The notes below the pieces were generated by a model. It had not been told where the DNA came from. It worked only from the letters and a program-made list of their open reading frames with translations, and did not search any database. A program made the position numbers and the translations under genes. A stretch of DNA of 5,573 bases from a virus. Taxonomy: Duplodnaviria > Heunggongvirae > Uroviricota > Caudoviricetes. The DNA is taken from IMG/VR virus record IMGVR_UViG_2531839128_000025. One strand, written 5' to 3'. This document shows positions 4,664 to 5,573 of the stretch, in pieces. Positions within the stretch are counted from its first letter, which is position 1, and each line of letters begins with the position of its first letter.

Positions 4664-5573
4664 ATGGATACTTTTCATAATATTTTGCTTGAGCACATAG
4701 ACAGCCTTTTAAAAGAGAGACTTGATTTATCTGGTGACGCTGATATCGAAAAAGAAATTAATAACCTAATTCCCAAAATAGCCATTGTCGTTAAAAAATC
4801 TCTTATTGGCTCGGCCAATGCAATGCTTAGAGAACATCGTTCTCTTTGTGATGAATTTGTTGAGAGAAATATTTCAAGATGGGCAGAGGCTTTTGATTTG
4901 CTCGAAACACTTATAGTGATATGCACGGAGTCCGGTGAAGAGTTCAATCGTTCTTATAGACCACAAGCTGCCTCTGAAGAGGATGTGGTTTTTGATTTAG
5001 TCGTTCGGCATCACGCAAGAGCTTGCCACATCGCCAACGAAATTTTGTGTCTCTTAAAGAATGGATTTGCAGATGCTGCCCAAGCGAGATGGCGAGCACT
5101 TCATGAGGTAGCGGCCACAGCTATGTTTATAGCAAAGCATGGAAAAGAGTGTGCTGAGCGCTTTTACTACCATGAAGTGGTTGATTCATATACTGGAATG
5201 TTGGAACACAAAAAGTACGAGCACCGGTTAGAAGCAAAAGGTCCAACTATTGAAGAAATAGCTGAGTGTAAAGTTCAATTTGATCTATTAATAAAAAAAT
5301 ATGGCAAAAAATATGCAGATAATTATGGCTGGGCATCTTATATTTTCCCTAACCATAATAAAGTGGGGTTTGGAGCTATTGAGAAAGATGTTCAGTTAGA
5401 ACACATGCGCCCTTATTATAAGTGGGCGAGTCAGAATGTACACACCGGTTCCAAGGCAATGAGAAATAGGCTTGGTCTCTGTGAAACTGGTGATGATATA
5501 TTATTGGTCGGGCAAAGTGATTCAGGAATGGCTGATCCAGCCCATGCTACTGCTATTAGTTTGATGCAGATTA
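4664..5573 (+). CDS. AT-rich cargo ORF of unknown function, partial (303+ codons, 3' end beyond window); candidate accessory/defence gene with HEPN-like R-x4-H motif
   Basis: ATG at 4664 opens a frame with no stop to the window end (protein starts MDTFHNILLEHIDSLLKERLDLSGDADIEKEINNLIPK...). It is absent from the supplied track only because it runs off the window. Strong A/T bias in codons, unlike the replication genes upstream. Weak SD (GAGA). Contains RWRALH (R-x4-H). No family confidently recognised. Confidence 0.75.
   Translation, partial: MDTFHNILLEHIDSLLKERLDLSGDADIEKEINNLIPKIAIVVKKSLIGSANAMLREHRSLCDEFVERNISRWAEAFDLLETLIVICTESGEEFNRSYRPQAASEEDVVFDLVVRHHARACHIANEILCLLKNGFADAAQARWRALHEVAATAMFIAKHGKECAERFYYHEVVDSYTGMLEHKKYEHRLEAKGPTIEEIAECKVQFDLLIKKYGKKYADNYGWASYIFPNHNKVGFGAIEKDVQLEHMRPYYKWASQNVHTGSKAMRNRLGLCETGDDILLVGQSDSGMADPAHATAISLMQI

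Noticed and set aside
4675-4947. Minus-strand ORF, 90 aa, inside the cargo gene
   Set aside because: Antisense to the long AT-rich ORF; Ser-rich low-complexity product typical of antisense A/T-rich coding DNA.
1-5573. tRNA/rRNA genes, integrase or attachment sites, insertion sequences
   Set aside because: No cloverleaf-compatible segments, no long terminal inverted repeats or transposase-like ORFs, and no integrase-like ORF were seen. The window appears to lie internal to the prophage.

Overview
This window reads as the immunity/early-replication region of a Rac-like (lambdoid) enterobacterial prophage, followed by an AT-rich cargo gene that is cut off by the window end. No searches or computations were run; all family assignments come from motifs read by eye and recalled family features. 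From left to right: (i) the first 11 codons of a leftward gene at 1-35; (ii) a ~580 bp stretch (36-617) with no convincing ORF; (iii) a leftward 72-aa gene (618-836) with a strong RBS, sitting inside a 271-codon open frame that is antisense to a rightward small membrane-protein ORF (963-1250), so coding assignment there is ambiguous; (iv) paired operator-like palindromes at 1538-1576; (v) a leftward CI-type HTH repressor without a peptidase domain (1618-2037); (vi) a divergent promoter/operator region (2038-2137) carrying two more copies of the same operator motif; (vii) a rightward Cro-like YdaS-family gene (2138-2419) overlapping a YdaT-family gene (2403-2828); (viii) a replication-initiator gene (2900-3970) with two clusters of 10-bp-phased GTCACG repeats inside its coding sequence, the second followed by an AT-rich tandem repeat (putative origin); (ix) a 141-aa GTG-initiated protein (4011-4436); (x) an AT-rich intergenic region and a 303+ codon ORF of unknown function (4664 to window end). 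The cargo ORF is the best candidate for an undescribed accessory or defence function; its HEPN-like R-x4-H motif is only suggestive. No tRNA, rRNA, CRISPR array or transposase was seen.
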